A stretch of DNA of 64,000 bases from Rikenellaceae bacterium. Lineage in GTDB: Bacteria; Bacteroidota; Bacteroidia; Bacteroidales; Rikenellaceae. The stretch covers positions 13,445 through 77,444 of the forward strand of contig JAFRZW010000004.1 of the NCBI GenBank assembly GCA_017442365.1. Reading direction: 5' to 3'. Position 1 is the first letter of the stretch. The number at the start of each line of letters is the position of its first letter. A program made the translations under genes and the position numbers. Below the pieces are notes generated by a model. The model saw only the letters and a list, made by a program, of their open reading frames with translations. It had not been told where the DNA came from and did no database searches. Shown piece after piece: positions 20,161-28,951 of the stretch.

Positions 20161-21049
20161 TCACACCCTCGACGTCGCGCGGATCGTGCCAAATGACCTG
20201 CTCGTCGCGACGGAACCAAGTTAATTGACGCTTGGCATAACGACGCGAATTGCGTTTGATAAGTTCGACTGCTTCGTCCCGACTGCAAAGTCCATCGAAG
20301 TAGTCGAACATCTCTTTATAGCCTACCGTTTGCAACGAATTGAGGTGGCGGAACGGATACAATGCACGAGCCTCGGCCTCCAACCCTTCGGCCATCATCA
20401 TATCAACTCGACGGTCGATACGATCGTACAACTCGGCGCGATCCATCTCGGTACCAATCTTGATAATATCGAAATTGCGAGTGCGTTTTTCGCCCGTGCG
20501 AAACTCCGAGAAGGTGCGTCCGCTCGCCAAACAGACCTCCAAAGCACGCTGCACACGGGCGGGGTTCTGACGATCAACCTCGGCTGCGTAAGTGGGGTCA
20601 AGGCGTTCTAACTCAGCGAATAGATCCTCGACGCCTCTCTCTCGCAGACGTTGCGACAGTTGCTCGCGGAGTTCCTCCGAGGCCTGCGGAATATCGTCAA
20701 TACCTTCGCATAAAGCCTTGACGTACAGCCCTGCACCACCTACGGCTACCACCGTGCGATGTCCTGCGGCAAAAAGTTCTTCGAGTTTTGCCAATGCCTC
20801 CTGCTCATAACGTCCGCAGGTGTATTGTTCGTGAATGTCGTGAGAGGCAATGAAATAGTGAGTCGCCGCGGCCAATTCCTCGGCAGTAGGTTGTGCCGTG
20901 CCGATTGCCATACCGCGGAAAATCTGTCGTGCGTCGGTCGAGATGATAGGGGCGTTATAGTGCTGCGCCAAGCGAATACTCAGCGCAGTTTTGCCCGAAC
21001 CTGTTGGACCGACGATGACGATCAGCAATGGTCGCTCACTAAAACTCAT
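20114..21049 (-). CDS. miaA: tRNA dimethylallyltransferase
   Basis: GPTGSGKT, STDARQ, IGTAQP, VGGAGLY and RRYAKRQLTWFR motifs. Confidence 0.96.
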   Translation of the reverse strand: MSFSERPLLIVIVGPTGSGKTALSIRLAQHYNAPIISTDARQIFRGMAIGTAQPTAEELAAATHYFIASHDIHEQYTCGRYEQEALAKLEELFAAGHRTVVAVGGAGLYVKALCEGIDDIPQASEELREQLSQRLRERGVEDLFAELERLDPTYAAEVDRQNPARVQRALEVCLASGRTFSEFRTGEKRTRNFDIIKIGTEMDRAELYDRIDRRVDMMMAEGLEAEARALYPFRHLNSLQTVGYKEMFDYFDGLCSRDEAVELIKRNSRRYAKRQLTWFRRDEQVIWHDPRDVEGVITCIEQAKQDLPQRD

Positions 21050-21545
21050 CGTCGTAGTTATCGTCGCCTTCGAAATCGCTGAAATCGCCCATCATTTCGT
21101 CGAATGCCGAGCCTTCTGACTCGCTCATCGTCGGATCATACTGATCGGGTGCCGGTTCCTCCGATAGGGTTACACGCGGGTACTCTACTCCACTCTTGGC
21201 CTCGCCTGCGCCGATCAATTCGAGATAGTAGGCACGATCACCGAACATATCGAACTGATAGATCAGTCGGTCGCGATTGCGGTGTATTAACTGACCGAGC
21301 ACAACGCTTGCCATCGGCACGGGAGCCTCTTCGCCCATATCGCCCATATCTTCGAGCGTAAATTCGCGGAGTTTGTTCCAACGGTCGTCGGCAGTGAAGA
21401 ATGAGGTCATTGCGGGATCATATTCGAGATCTTCGCGAATAAATCCCTCGAAATCTGCCAGCGACATATCGTACATTACTTCGTAATCGCGCACGAAGCG
21501 ATCGTTTTCGTCGCTGAGCATTCTGAATTTGAAAACCATTGACAT
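21039..21545 (-). CDS. pRiA4b ORF3-like (TnpR-passenger family) protein
   Basis: Recognised pattern FVRDYEV...SFFTADDRW...RLIYQFDMF.DR.Y.LEL with an acidic tail; overlaps the miaA start by 11 bp. Confidence 0.6.
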   Translation of the reverse strand: MSMVFKFRMLSDENDRFVRDYEVMYDMSLADFEGFIREDLEYDPAMTSFFTADDRWNKLREFTLEDMGDMGEEAPVPMASVVLGQLIHRNRDRLIYQFDMFGDRAYYLELIGAGEAKSGVEYPRVTLSEEPAPDQYDPTMSESEGSAFDEMMGDFSDFEGDDNYDDEF

Positions 21546-21679
21546 AGTTTAATTCGAAATTATCGTGTTTCTCTTACTGCAAAGATAGCGAAAAACTCGA
21601 TTTCGCCAAGCATTTTACGAGCGATGTGTAGGTTCGAAAAGATTTATTTAGGACTTAATGGTTTTGTTGTGAGATATTT

Positions 21680-21719
21680 TTTGTACATTTGTAGATTAAT
21701 TTGTACATTTGTAGATTAA
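21680..21719 (+). repeat. Perfect 20-bp tandem duplication (TTTGTACATTTGTAGATTAA x2) forming a TTTG-N20-TACATTTG promoter
   Basis: Units at 21680-21699 and 21700-21719 are identical; each contains a TAnnTTTG box. Confidence 0.9.
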
Positions 21720-21764
21720 ATAGTGTCGCACGGGTTATGTGCCAACTACAAATAGTGAGAGAGA

Positions 21765-22139
21765 ATGAAGATAGGAAAATTTGATCTTTTGGAAATTGTG
21801 CGATTTGGAGTGGTAGGTGTGCTTGCCACTGCAATTCATTATGGGGTATATCTATTGCTGAACCCATATATGAATGCAAATATAGCATATACAATCGGTT
21901 ACGTGGTTAGTTTTATCTGTAATTTCTTTTTGTCAAATTACTTTACTTTCAAAACCAAACCGAGCGTCAAGAAAGGATTTGGCTTTGCATTCAGCCACTT
22001 GGTCAATTACGGGTTGCATATAGTATTCTTAAATATGTTCCTATATTTGGGCTTGTCGGAAACGTGGGCACCGATCCCTACATACCTGCTTGTAATTCCG
22101 ATAAATTTTATTTTGGTTAGATTTTTCTTGAAAAAGTAA
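21765..22139 (+). CDS. GtrA family lipid-linked sugar translocase
   Basis: IVRFGVVGVLATAIHY, ANIAYTIGY and NFFLSNYFTF motifs; about four TM helices, 124 aa. Confidence 0.88.
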   Translation: MKIGKFDLLEIVRFGVVGVLATAIHYGVYLLLNPYMNANIAYTIGYVVSFICNFFLSNYFTFKTKPSVKKGFGFAFSHLVNYGLHIVFLNMFLYLGLSETWAPIPTYLLVIPINFILVRFFLKK

Positions 22140-22143
22140 TAAT

Positions 22144-23091
22144 ATGAAAAAGGTTTCGATCCTTATTCCCGCATACAACGAGCAAGAGTCATTGCCGTTG
22201 TTGTATGATAAACTGACGGAGGTGGTTGGCAGTTTGCCTCAATATGAGTGGGAGTTTATGTTTGTGAACGACGGCTCGCGCGATCGTACTCTCGAAATGT
22301 TGCAAGAGCTACGTGCGAAGGATACCCGTGTGAATTATGTCGATCTTTCGCGTAATTTTGGCAAAGAGGTCGCAATGTTGGCCGGTTTCGACTATGTGTC
22401 AGGAGATTGTGTGGTGATTATGGACGCCGATCTGCAACACCCTCCTCATATGATTGCAAAGTTTTTGGAGAAATGGGAAGAGGGCTATGAAGATGTCTAT
22501 GCTGTTCGCAAAACTCGCGGCAAGGAGAGCAAATTGCGCAAGAGTTTGACAATGACATACTACCGATTATTGCAACACACTACACGAGTGGAGGTTCTTC
22601 CGAATGTTGGCGATTTTCGACTGCTGGATCGCAAGTGTATCAATATGTTGCGCAAAATGCGTGATGCAGAGCGATATACCAAGGGTATGTATTGCTGGAT
22701 TGGCTGCCGAAAAATTGGTGTTGAATTTGAACAGGGTGATCGCTTAGAAGGTGAGTCGAAATGGAATTTTGGAGCTCTGCTGAATTTGGCTATTAATGGC
22801 ATTACCTCGTTTACTATTGCCCCATTGCGTATGGTGTCAGTGTGTGGTATTTTGATAGCTACGGTTGCATTTGTCTATATGATTTATGTGCTGTTCAAAG
22901 CATTGTTCTATGGTGATCCCGTTGCAGGTTTCCCGACCTTGATGGTTGCAATTTTGTTTTTGGGCGGTGTACAGCTTATCGGCTTGGGTATTTTGGGTGA
23001 ATACGTAGGTCGTATCTTCAACGAAACCAAAAATCGTCCAGTATATTTTATCGAATCATTTAACGGAGAGTATCGTGAACCTGAAAAGTAA
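22144..23091 (+). CDS. GtrB-like GT2 polyprenol-phosphate glycosyltransferase
   Basis: LIPAYNEQE, VNDGSRD, LSRNFGKE, MDADLQHPP and VGDFRLLDR motifs; two C-terminal TM helices. Confidence 0.92.
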   Translation: MKKVSILIPAYNEQESLPLLYDKLTEVVGSLPQYEWEFMFVNDGSRDRTLEMLQELRAKDTRVNYVDLSRNFGKEVAMLAGFDYVSGDCVVIMDADLQHPPHMIAKFLEKWEEGYEDVYAVRKTRGKESKLRKSLTMTYYRLLQHTTRVEVLPNVGDFRLLDRKCINMLRKMRDAERYTKGMYCWIGCRKIGVEFEQGDRLEGESKWNFGALLNLAINGITSFTIAPLRMVSVCGILIATVAFVYMIYVLFKALFYGDPVAGFPTLMVAILFLGGVQLIGLGILGEYVGRIFNETKNRPVYFIESFNGEYREPEK

Positions 23092-24715
23092 ATTGATAGA
23101 ATGTTATAAAACGAATAAAACGGAATATTTGTTTTTATTAATAATAGGATTATTATTCTATATATTAGAGTCTTATGCAATTTTCTGTAATGATGATTAT
23201 TTTTATACCTATATATGTGAGGATGCTACCTTTTTAGATGCCATATCTGGTAAAAAAAAGGTTGAAAATATAAGAGATATTTTTGTTTCTCAATATAATC
23301 ATTGGCAATTAATTAATGGTCGTTATATTGCACATACCATAGTGCAACTTTTTTGTGGCATATTGGGTTTTGAAATGTTTAAAATATGCAATACGATAGT
23401 ATTTGTTTTATTTATAAATTACTATATAAAATTATGTAGATTATTTGTTAAACAGATTAATGCTATAATTTGTTTTATAGTATTGTGGATAAGCCTTGGG
23501 TTTGTAGATGTCGGATTTGGAATGATGACGAGTGTAGCGCATTCTGTTAATTATCTATGGTCGTCTTTAGGGTATACATGGCTTTTGTATAAAATTTTCG
23601 AATACAACCTAGATAATGCAAATCGAACATCAACCATTTTGTATAAAATACTTCTTTTTATATTGGCATTTATAGCTGGAGGAATGAATGAATCTTTTTC
23701 AGTAGGTTTATCAATGGCTCTTTTTCTGTATATGTTAATAAATAGAGAAAAATATAAGAGTCCTAATGAGATTTTATTCTTAGCATTTGGATTGTGGTTA
23801 GGCACAATTGTATTATGTGTTAATCCTGCGAATATACTTAGATTTTCAAGCGAAAATAATTCATCTTTTACAAGGGAATTTATGTTGAGATTTTTTTGGC
23901 TTGGAAGTAATTGGCGCTTATTGGTCCCAGTAATTTTTACTGCCATAATTGCTGCGATAAAATATGTTAAGAATGGATATAAGTATTATAATAATTATTC
24001 GTTAATGATCATAACGATTATATGTACATTATTCTTTTTGTTTGTTGTGGGATTGAAAGGATCATATCAAATGTTTACTAGTATAACTATTTTATCCTCT
24101 GCAATAATTTCGACAATAGCATTTGAGAAAGTCGCTGCATATAAGAATCTATATATTGTACTGGTATCAGTAATTATGTTGATACATTTTGCATTTGTTG
24201 TCAATTTACGATTGAAACAATATAATTATTGGGATTATGTTGTTTCGTCATACGTTACATCGACTAATGGCTATGTATATATTGATGATATGGATATTTT
24301 ATATAATGGTGATGTGTGTGATGATATTATAAAAGCTTATGGTGCAACTATTGATTACAATATGAGTGACTTTAATTATAGTGGAATAGAGGTTTATTAT
24401 TCAGATGCAACAAAACCATTAAGATTAGTGCCGACTAATATGAATTTAGTGGGTGAAAATAATATCTATGATGCCGATTGGTGCTATGTGATTCGTACGC
24501 CAGAGGATGTTGAATATGAGGTAAAGGTTACAGATTTTACCCATAAGAATTGGATGTTAAAATTGTGGTCAAAGTATTCGAACTCTGCTACATCTCATTT
24601 CTACTTGGATTCGTATGAGGTTATGATTGACGATCAGAAATATACAATTGCCCTTAAAAAGAATGATGACTTTATAATTAATAAAATTGAATTAACCCAA
24701 AAAGTTATTGATTAG
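23075..24715 (+). CDS. Polytopic GT-C-type (GtrC/DUF6056-like) membrane glycosyltransferase
   Basis: NDDYFY, QYNHW..INGRY, SVNYLW and GGMNES motifs, many TM helices, very AT-rich; GTG start overlapping gtrB. Confidence 0.7.
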   Translation: MNLKSKLIECYKTNKTEYLFLLIIGLLFYILESYAIFCNDDYFYTYICEDATFLDAISGKKKVENIRDIFVSQYNHWQLINGRYIAHTIVQLFCGILGFEMFKICNTIVFVLFINYYIKLCRLFVKQINAIICFIVLWISLGFVDVGFGMMTSVAHSVNYLWSSLGYTWLLYKIFEYNLDNANRTSTILYKILLFILAFIAGGMNESFSVGLSMALFLYMLINREKYKSPNEILFLAFGLWLGTIVLCVNPANILRFSSENNSSFTREFMLRFFWLGSNWRLLVPVIFTAIIAAIKYVKNGYKYYNNYSLMIITIICTLFFLFVVGLKGSYQMFTSITILSSAIISTIAFEKVAAYKNLYIVLVSVIMLIHFAFVVNLRLKQYNYWDYVVSSYVTSTNGYVYIDDMDILYNGDVCDDIIKAYGATIDYNMSDFNYSGIEVYYSDATKPLRLVPTNMNLVGENNIYDADWCYVIRTPEDVEYEVKVTDFTHKNWMLKLWSKYSNSATSHFYLDSYEVMIDDQKYTIALKKNDDFIINKIELTQKVID

Positions 24716-25748
24716 GGTTCACCCACTCCATCACGTCGGCGGCATCGGGATAGTCGGTCAATGAGGGTTGTTGGGTGATGCCGACGGAAACTGCGCGGCG
24801 CAATGGCGGGCACGTGGTGGCGTGCTCGTTGATAAATGCTGTGTCGTTGCACGCTACGCATTGTATCTCTTTATCGTGCTCCGAAAGCCACTCTGCTACC
24901 TCGGCAAGTGATGAGTATCGAGCGATGTTGATTTGCGAAATTGCTGTCGGGAATGTTCGCTCCTCAATCAGCAACGAGTGTCCAAGATCGGTGTGAGCGA
25001 CTCCGCTCATTGTTAAGATTGCGCGTCGTTGGCGATAGTTGTTCAAAAAACCGGCGTTGCTAACGCGATGCGAGCGCATAGCTGTTGCAAGTTGCTCAGT
25101 ATTATAACTCTCGGGAACGAAAATCATCGAAATATTACGACAGCCAAGCCCCGAATACAGATAAATGTCATCACATAGCTCTTTTAGCTTGGTATATGGC
25201 TCTTTCCCCGTAAGAATAGCGACCGAAGATCGGCTACCTCGTAACAACATCGGGAGCGATCCATATTCAGCTCGAAAATGGCGTACGGCATTGTCGCTAC
25301 CCGTTGCAATTACAGCGTCGGGCGTGATGCTCCCATCGTACAACTCGACAGCAACAGACGGCTCGATTTTGCGCAGCAGATCAATAACATATAACATTAG
25401 TACGCGATCCTTGCTCGATGGCTTGACCAAACAGCGATTGCCACTTGCGATGACGCAAAGCAGATCGAAGAAACCCACCAACGGAATATTACCCGCCATT
25501 ACGACCAATACGTTGTGATGGGTAGCGACGGGTAGCGACGGGTAGTTGTCAAGCCACGAGCGTAGTCGTTTTTCATCAAGCATTTCGGTGCGTATAGCCT
25601 CGACTGCGTGGCGAATCTCCTGCTCCGAAAACCAGCTATTTGAGGCGATTGCGTCTGCGATTGCTTGACGCGACGTAACCTCCTCGCCGAAGCGTGCGAA
25701 ATGCTCCCCTAACGTAACGAAAAGTTGTATGATCTGCTCTCTGTTCAT
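24705..25748 (-). CDS. Acyl-CoA reductase (LuxC-like)
   Basis: VVMAGNIPLVGFFD, KPSSKD, IATGSDN and YSGLGCRN (catalytic Cys) motifs. Confidence 0.88.
   Translation of the reverse strand: MNREQIIQLFVTLGEHFARFGEEVTSRQAIADAIASNSWFSEQEIRHAVEAIRTEMLDEKRLRSWLDNYPSLPVATHHNVLVVMAGNIPLVGFFDLLCVIASGNRCLVKPSSKDRVLMLYVIDLLRKIEPSVAVELYDGSITPDAVIATGSDNAVRHFRAEYGSLPMLLRGSRSSVAILTGKEPYTKLKELCDDIYLYSGLGCRNISMIFVPESYNTEQLATAMRSHRVSNAGFLNNYRQRRAILTMSGVAHTDLGHSLLIEERTFPTAISQINIARYSSLAEVAEWLSEHDKEIQCVACNDTAFINEHATTCPPLRRAVSVGITQQPSLTDYPDAADVMEWVNPNQ
25520..25545. repeat. 10-bp tandem repeat (GGGTAGCGAC x2.6) inside the acyl-CoA reductase CDS
   Basis: GGGTAGCGAC GGGTAGCGAC GGGTAG read directly from the sequence. 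Confidence 0.85.
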
Positions 25749-25795
25749 ACGGCAAAGATAATCGAATTAGAGCAGAAATGATACAATTTTGACGA

Positions 25796-26101
25796 TTAAT
25801 TATTCTCGTCGATGGTACGTTGGCGATGCTGACGATGTCGAATGATGATGTTTTTGATACTTGTTGCGCCGAGAATTGTCAGTCCTGCGTATTGTGTGGT
25901 TTTGGCCATTCCGAAGAAAATGAACCACAACACACCTTTGGCAGCGGTGCTGATCGGCAAGCACATTTGGGCAAAAGAGATGATATAACAGGGAATGCAC
26001 AGTGCCAAGACTATTGCTCCTGTTCGAGGAGATAGTCTTGATAGATAACTGATTATGCGTTGTGATAGGGACTTTATTCCAGTTCGAAGTTTATCGAGCA
26101 T
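25796..26101 (-). CDS. Small two-TM hypothetical membrane protein
   Basis: ATG at 26101 overlaps the upstream stop; hydrophobic GAIVLALCIPCYIISFAQM and VLWFIFFGMAKTTQYAGL segments. Confidence 0.65.
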   Translation of the reverse strand: MLDKLRTGIKSLSQRIISYLSRLSPRTGAIVLALCIPCYIISFAQMCLPISTAAKGVLWFIFFGMAKTTQYAGLTILGATSIKNIIIRHRQHRQRTIDENN

Positions 26102-26285
26102 ATTTGGTAAAGTTGTATTTTTCGCGGAGGGCTTTTTGATCGGCCTCGGGGAGTTGGGTGAAATAAGCCTTCCAGCCTGGACAGAAATTGATGTGCCAAC
26201 GCCAAAAACGACCAACAAATGATTGCGGTTTTTTTTCAAATTTTGCACGCATTGGGCAATTTTCACAAGGATAATTCTTTGCCAT
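26091..26285 (-). CDS. 64-aa conserved hypothetical protein with CxxC...C
   Basis: CENCPMRAKFEKKPQSFVGRFWRWHINFCPGW; -7 box at 26311-26318. Confidence 0.75.
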   Translation of the reverse strand: MAKNYPCENCPMRAKFEKKPQSFVGRFWRWHINFCPGWKAYFTQLPEADQKALREKYNFTKYAR

Positions 26286-26414
26286 AGTTTTTCAATCTAT
26301 CTAACTAAAACAAAGATAGTACGGAAAGTTTGTTCTGCCAAATATTGAACTAAAAAAATAATCACAGCCAAGGTCGTGTCGTAGTGTCTATTGGTGCGTT
26401 TTTTGATTGCGATT

Positions 26415-26445
26415 TTTGCGAGATTCGAAAAAATGGTTATCTTTG
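26415..26445 (+). promoter_or_regulatory. rho promoter TTTG-N19-TATCTTTG
   Basis: Full -33/-7 Bacteroidota consensus about 85 bp upstream of the ATG. Confidence 0.65.
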
Positions 26446-26528
26446 TGCCATCGAATTAGAACAAAGCCACTCGTCCGAGTGGTTGATTAATCCCTAAATC
26501 AGAAATTTAATCTCTCACACACTACTAT

Positions 26529-28160
26529 ATGCAAGAATTAGAGGCATTGAAAACAAAGAGTTTGGCCGAGTTGCGACAGATTGCTAAGGCATTGGGTATC
26601 ACCGAACAGCTCAAAAAGAAAGAGTTGTTGGACCGTATTGTTGAAGTGGCGTCTGGCGCGACAACCGATAGTGCCGAACCCGCACGGACTGAGCCTGCCG
26701 ACAAACCCAAACGAGGTCGTCGTCCCCGTGTCAATACCACACGCGTCGAGGACGCCAAAACCAATATTCCCACAGCGGAAGAACCGACGGCAGAGCCCGC
26801 CGCAGAAGAGCCACAAGAGGTTGTGGCAGAGCCGGTTGCTCAGCCCAAGAAGCGAGGCCGTAAGCCAAAGAATCGAATAGCGGAAGAGGCTATCGAGCAA
26901 CCGACAACAACGGTCGGTGATGAAGAACTGAATACGGAGAAGGCTGACGATCCCGATTTGTCATTGTTGCCGGAATTGGAGTATGAGATTGCGCGCAATG
27001 ATAACTATTTTGACGAAGATGAGGTGATAACCAAAGATGATTTTGCGGGCGAGATTGAGGGCGAAGGTGTGTTGGAGATTATGCCTGATGGTTATGGATT
27101 CTTGCGCTCGGCCGATTACAACTATCTAAATTCGCCTGATGATGTCTATGTGTCGCCATCGCAGATCAAATTGTTCGGCTTGAAGCCGGGTGATACGGTG
27201 AGCGGTACGATCCGTCCGCCGAAGGAGGGCGAAAAGTATTTCCCGTTGATCAAGGTGCTCGAAATTAATGGCTTAGAGCCCGAGTATGTGCGTGATCGAG
27301 TGCAGTTCGAATTTTTGACTCCCCTATTCCCAAGCGAGAAATTCAATTTGACGAGCAATGGACACAATTCGATATCGAATCGTGTAGTTGATCTCTTCTC
27401 GCCTATCGGCAAGGGTCAGCGCGGTCTGATTGTAGCGCAGCCTAAAACGGGTAAAACACTTCTGTTGCAGTCGATTGCAAATGCAATTGCGGATAATCAC
27501 CCCGAAGTATATATGATCGTTCTGCTCATCGATGAGCGTCCTGAGGAGGTTACCGAGATGGCTCGCAATGTTAAGGCCGAAGTTATCGCTTCGACCTTCG
27601 ACGAGCAGGCTTCGCGCCACGTTAAAGTAGCCGAAATGGTGCTCGATAAGGCAAAGCGAATGGTTGAGTGCGGCCACGATGTGGTGATCTTCCTCGACTC
27701 GATCACACGTTTGGCACGTGCCTACAACTCGGTACAGCCTGCGTCGGGTAAGGTGCTCTCGGGCGGTGTCGATGCCAATGCACTGCACAAGCCCAAGCGT
27801 TTCTTCGGTGCGGCACGTAACACCGAGGAGAAGGGCTCGCTGACCATTATTGCAACCGCTCTGATCGATACCGGCTCGAAGATGGACGAGGTGATCTTCG
27901 AGGAGTTCAAGGGTACGGGTAATATGGAGTTGCAGCTCGATCGTAAGTTGGCGGACAAGCGTATCTTCCCTGCGGTGAATGTGATTGCATCGGGTACGCG
28001 TCGTGAGGATCTGCTGCTGAATAAGGAGGTGATCAACCGCACGTGGGTGCTGCGTCGTTTCTTGTCGGATATGACCACGGTCGAGGCTATGGAGCATACG
28101 AAGAAACATATGGAGCGCACGCAGGATAACGAGGAGTTTTTGATAACGATGAACCAATAA
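26529..28160 (+). CDS. rho: Transcription termination factor Rho with N-terminal insertion
   Basis: [43 protein letters not shown] and [11 protein letters not shown] motifs. Confidence 0.98.
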   Translation: MQELEALKTKSLAELRQIAKALGITEQLKKKELLDRIVEVASGATTDSAEPARTEPADKPKRGRRPRVNTTRVEDAKTNIPTAEEPTAEPAAEEPQEVVAEPVAQPKKRGRKPKNRIAEEAIEQPTTTVGDEELNTEKADDPDLSLLPELEYEIARNDNYFDEDEVITKDDFAGEIEGEGVLEIMPDGYGFLRSADYNYLNSPDDVYVSPSQIKLFGLKPGDTVSGTIRPPKEGEKYFPLIKVLEINGLEPEYVRDRVQFEFLTPLFPSEKFNLTSNGHNSISNRVVDLFSPIGKGQRGLIVAQPKTGKTLLLQSIANAIADNHPEVYMIVLLIDERPEEVTEMARNVKAEVIASTFDEQASRHVKVAEMVLDKAKRMVECGHDVVIFLDSITRLARAYNSVQPASGKVLSGGVDANALHKPKRFFGAARNTEEKGSLTIIATALIDTGSKMDEVIFEEFKGTGNMELQLDRKLADKRIFPAVNVIASGTRREDLLLNKEVINRTWVLRRFLSDMTTVEAMEHTKKHMERTQDNEEFLITMNQ

Positions 28161-28176
28161 AAACTAATAATAACCA

Positions 28177-28947
28177 ATGAAGAGACTTATTACTTTGATG
28201 CTGCTGATGTTTGCCGTACAGACGGCGGCAGCTTGGGGTCCAAAGGGCCACGATGTGGTGGCTTACATTGCCGAGTGCAATGTGAATAAACGAGTAAAGG
28301 CTAAGGTGATGAAGGCTTTGGGTGGTCATACATTCACCTACTACTCGTCGTGGGCCGACAATATCCGCAATTTCCCCGAATATCGTCATACCTCGACGTG
28401 GCACTATGCCAATGTTGATGAAGGCTACACCTATGCAACTATGCCCAAGAATCCCAAGGGCGATGTGCTGACGGCTGTAACGCTGATTGTCGAGCAACTG
28501 AAAAGTGGCAAGATTACGCCCGAAGAGGAGAATATCTATCTGCGAATGTTGATTCACTTTGTGGGTGATATGCACTGCCCTATGCACGCTGGCCGACTGA
28601 GCGATCTGGGTGGTAACTTAGTAACGGTCAAGTGGTTCGGCAAGGAGGTTAAACTGCACGCCGTTTGGGACGATCTGATTGTCGAGAGCGTTCGCAAGTG
28701 GAGCTACTCGGAGTGGCAGCGCGAGATCGACAATGTGTCGCGCGAGGAGCGTGAGGCTCTGTCGGCAGGTACTCCACTCGATTGGATGAACGAGACGGTC
28801 GAGATCTGCCAAAAGGTGTATGAAGACGCCCCCGCAGGCAGTGAATTGTCGTGGGACTACCAGAATGAGAACTACCCTCTTCTCGAAACTCAGTTGCGTA
28901 AGGCGGGCTATCGCTTAGCGCGTTTGTTAAACGAAATCTATAAGTAG
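28177..28947 (+). CDS. S1/P1 nuclease, exported
   Basis: Signal peptide then WGPKGH, WADNIR, WHYAN, HFVGDMHCPMH and LHAVWD, i.e. the tri-Zn ligands. Confidence 0.93.
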   Translation: MKRLITLMLLMFAVQTAAAWGPKGHDVVAYIAECNVNKRVKAKVMKALGGHTFTYYSSWADNIRNFPEYRHTSTWHYANVDEGYTYATMPKNPKGDVLTAVTLIVEQLKSGKITPEEENIYLRMLIHFVGDMHCPMHAGRLSDLGGNLVTVKWFGKEVKLHAVWDDLIVESVRKWSYSEWQREIDNVSREEREALSAGTPLDWMNETVEICQKVYEDAPAGSELSWDYQNENYPLLETQLRKAGYRLARLLNEIYK

Positions 28948-28951
28948 CGAG

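Noticed and set aside
21039-21545. TnpR-passenger/pRiA4b ORF3-like gene as evidence of a mobile element next to the gtr cassette
   Set aside because: It has host-like composition, is translationally coupled to miaA, has no transposase or terminal repeats, and the family is commonly chromosomal in Bacteroidota.
21637-24717. Possible target-site duplication flanking the gtr cassette (AAAAGATTTATTTAGG versus AAAAGTTATTGATTAGG)
   Set aside because: Needs gaps to align and is AT-rich, so it cannot be distinguished from chance.
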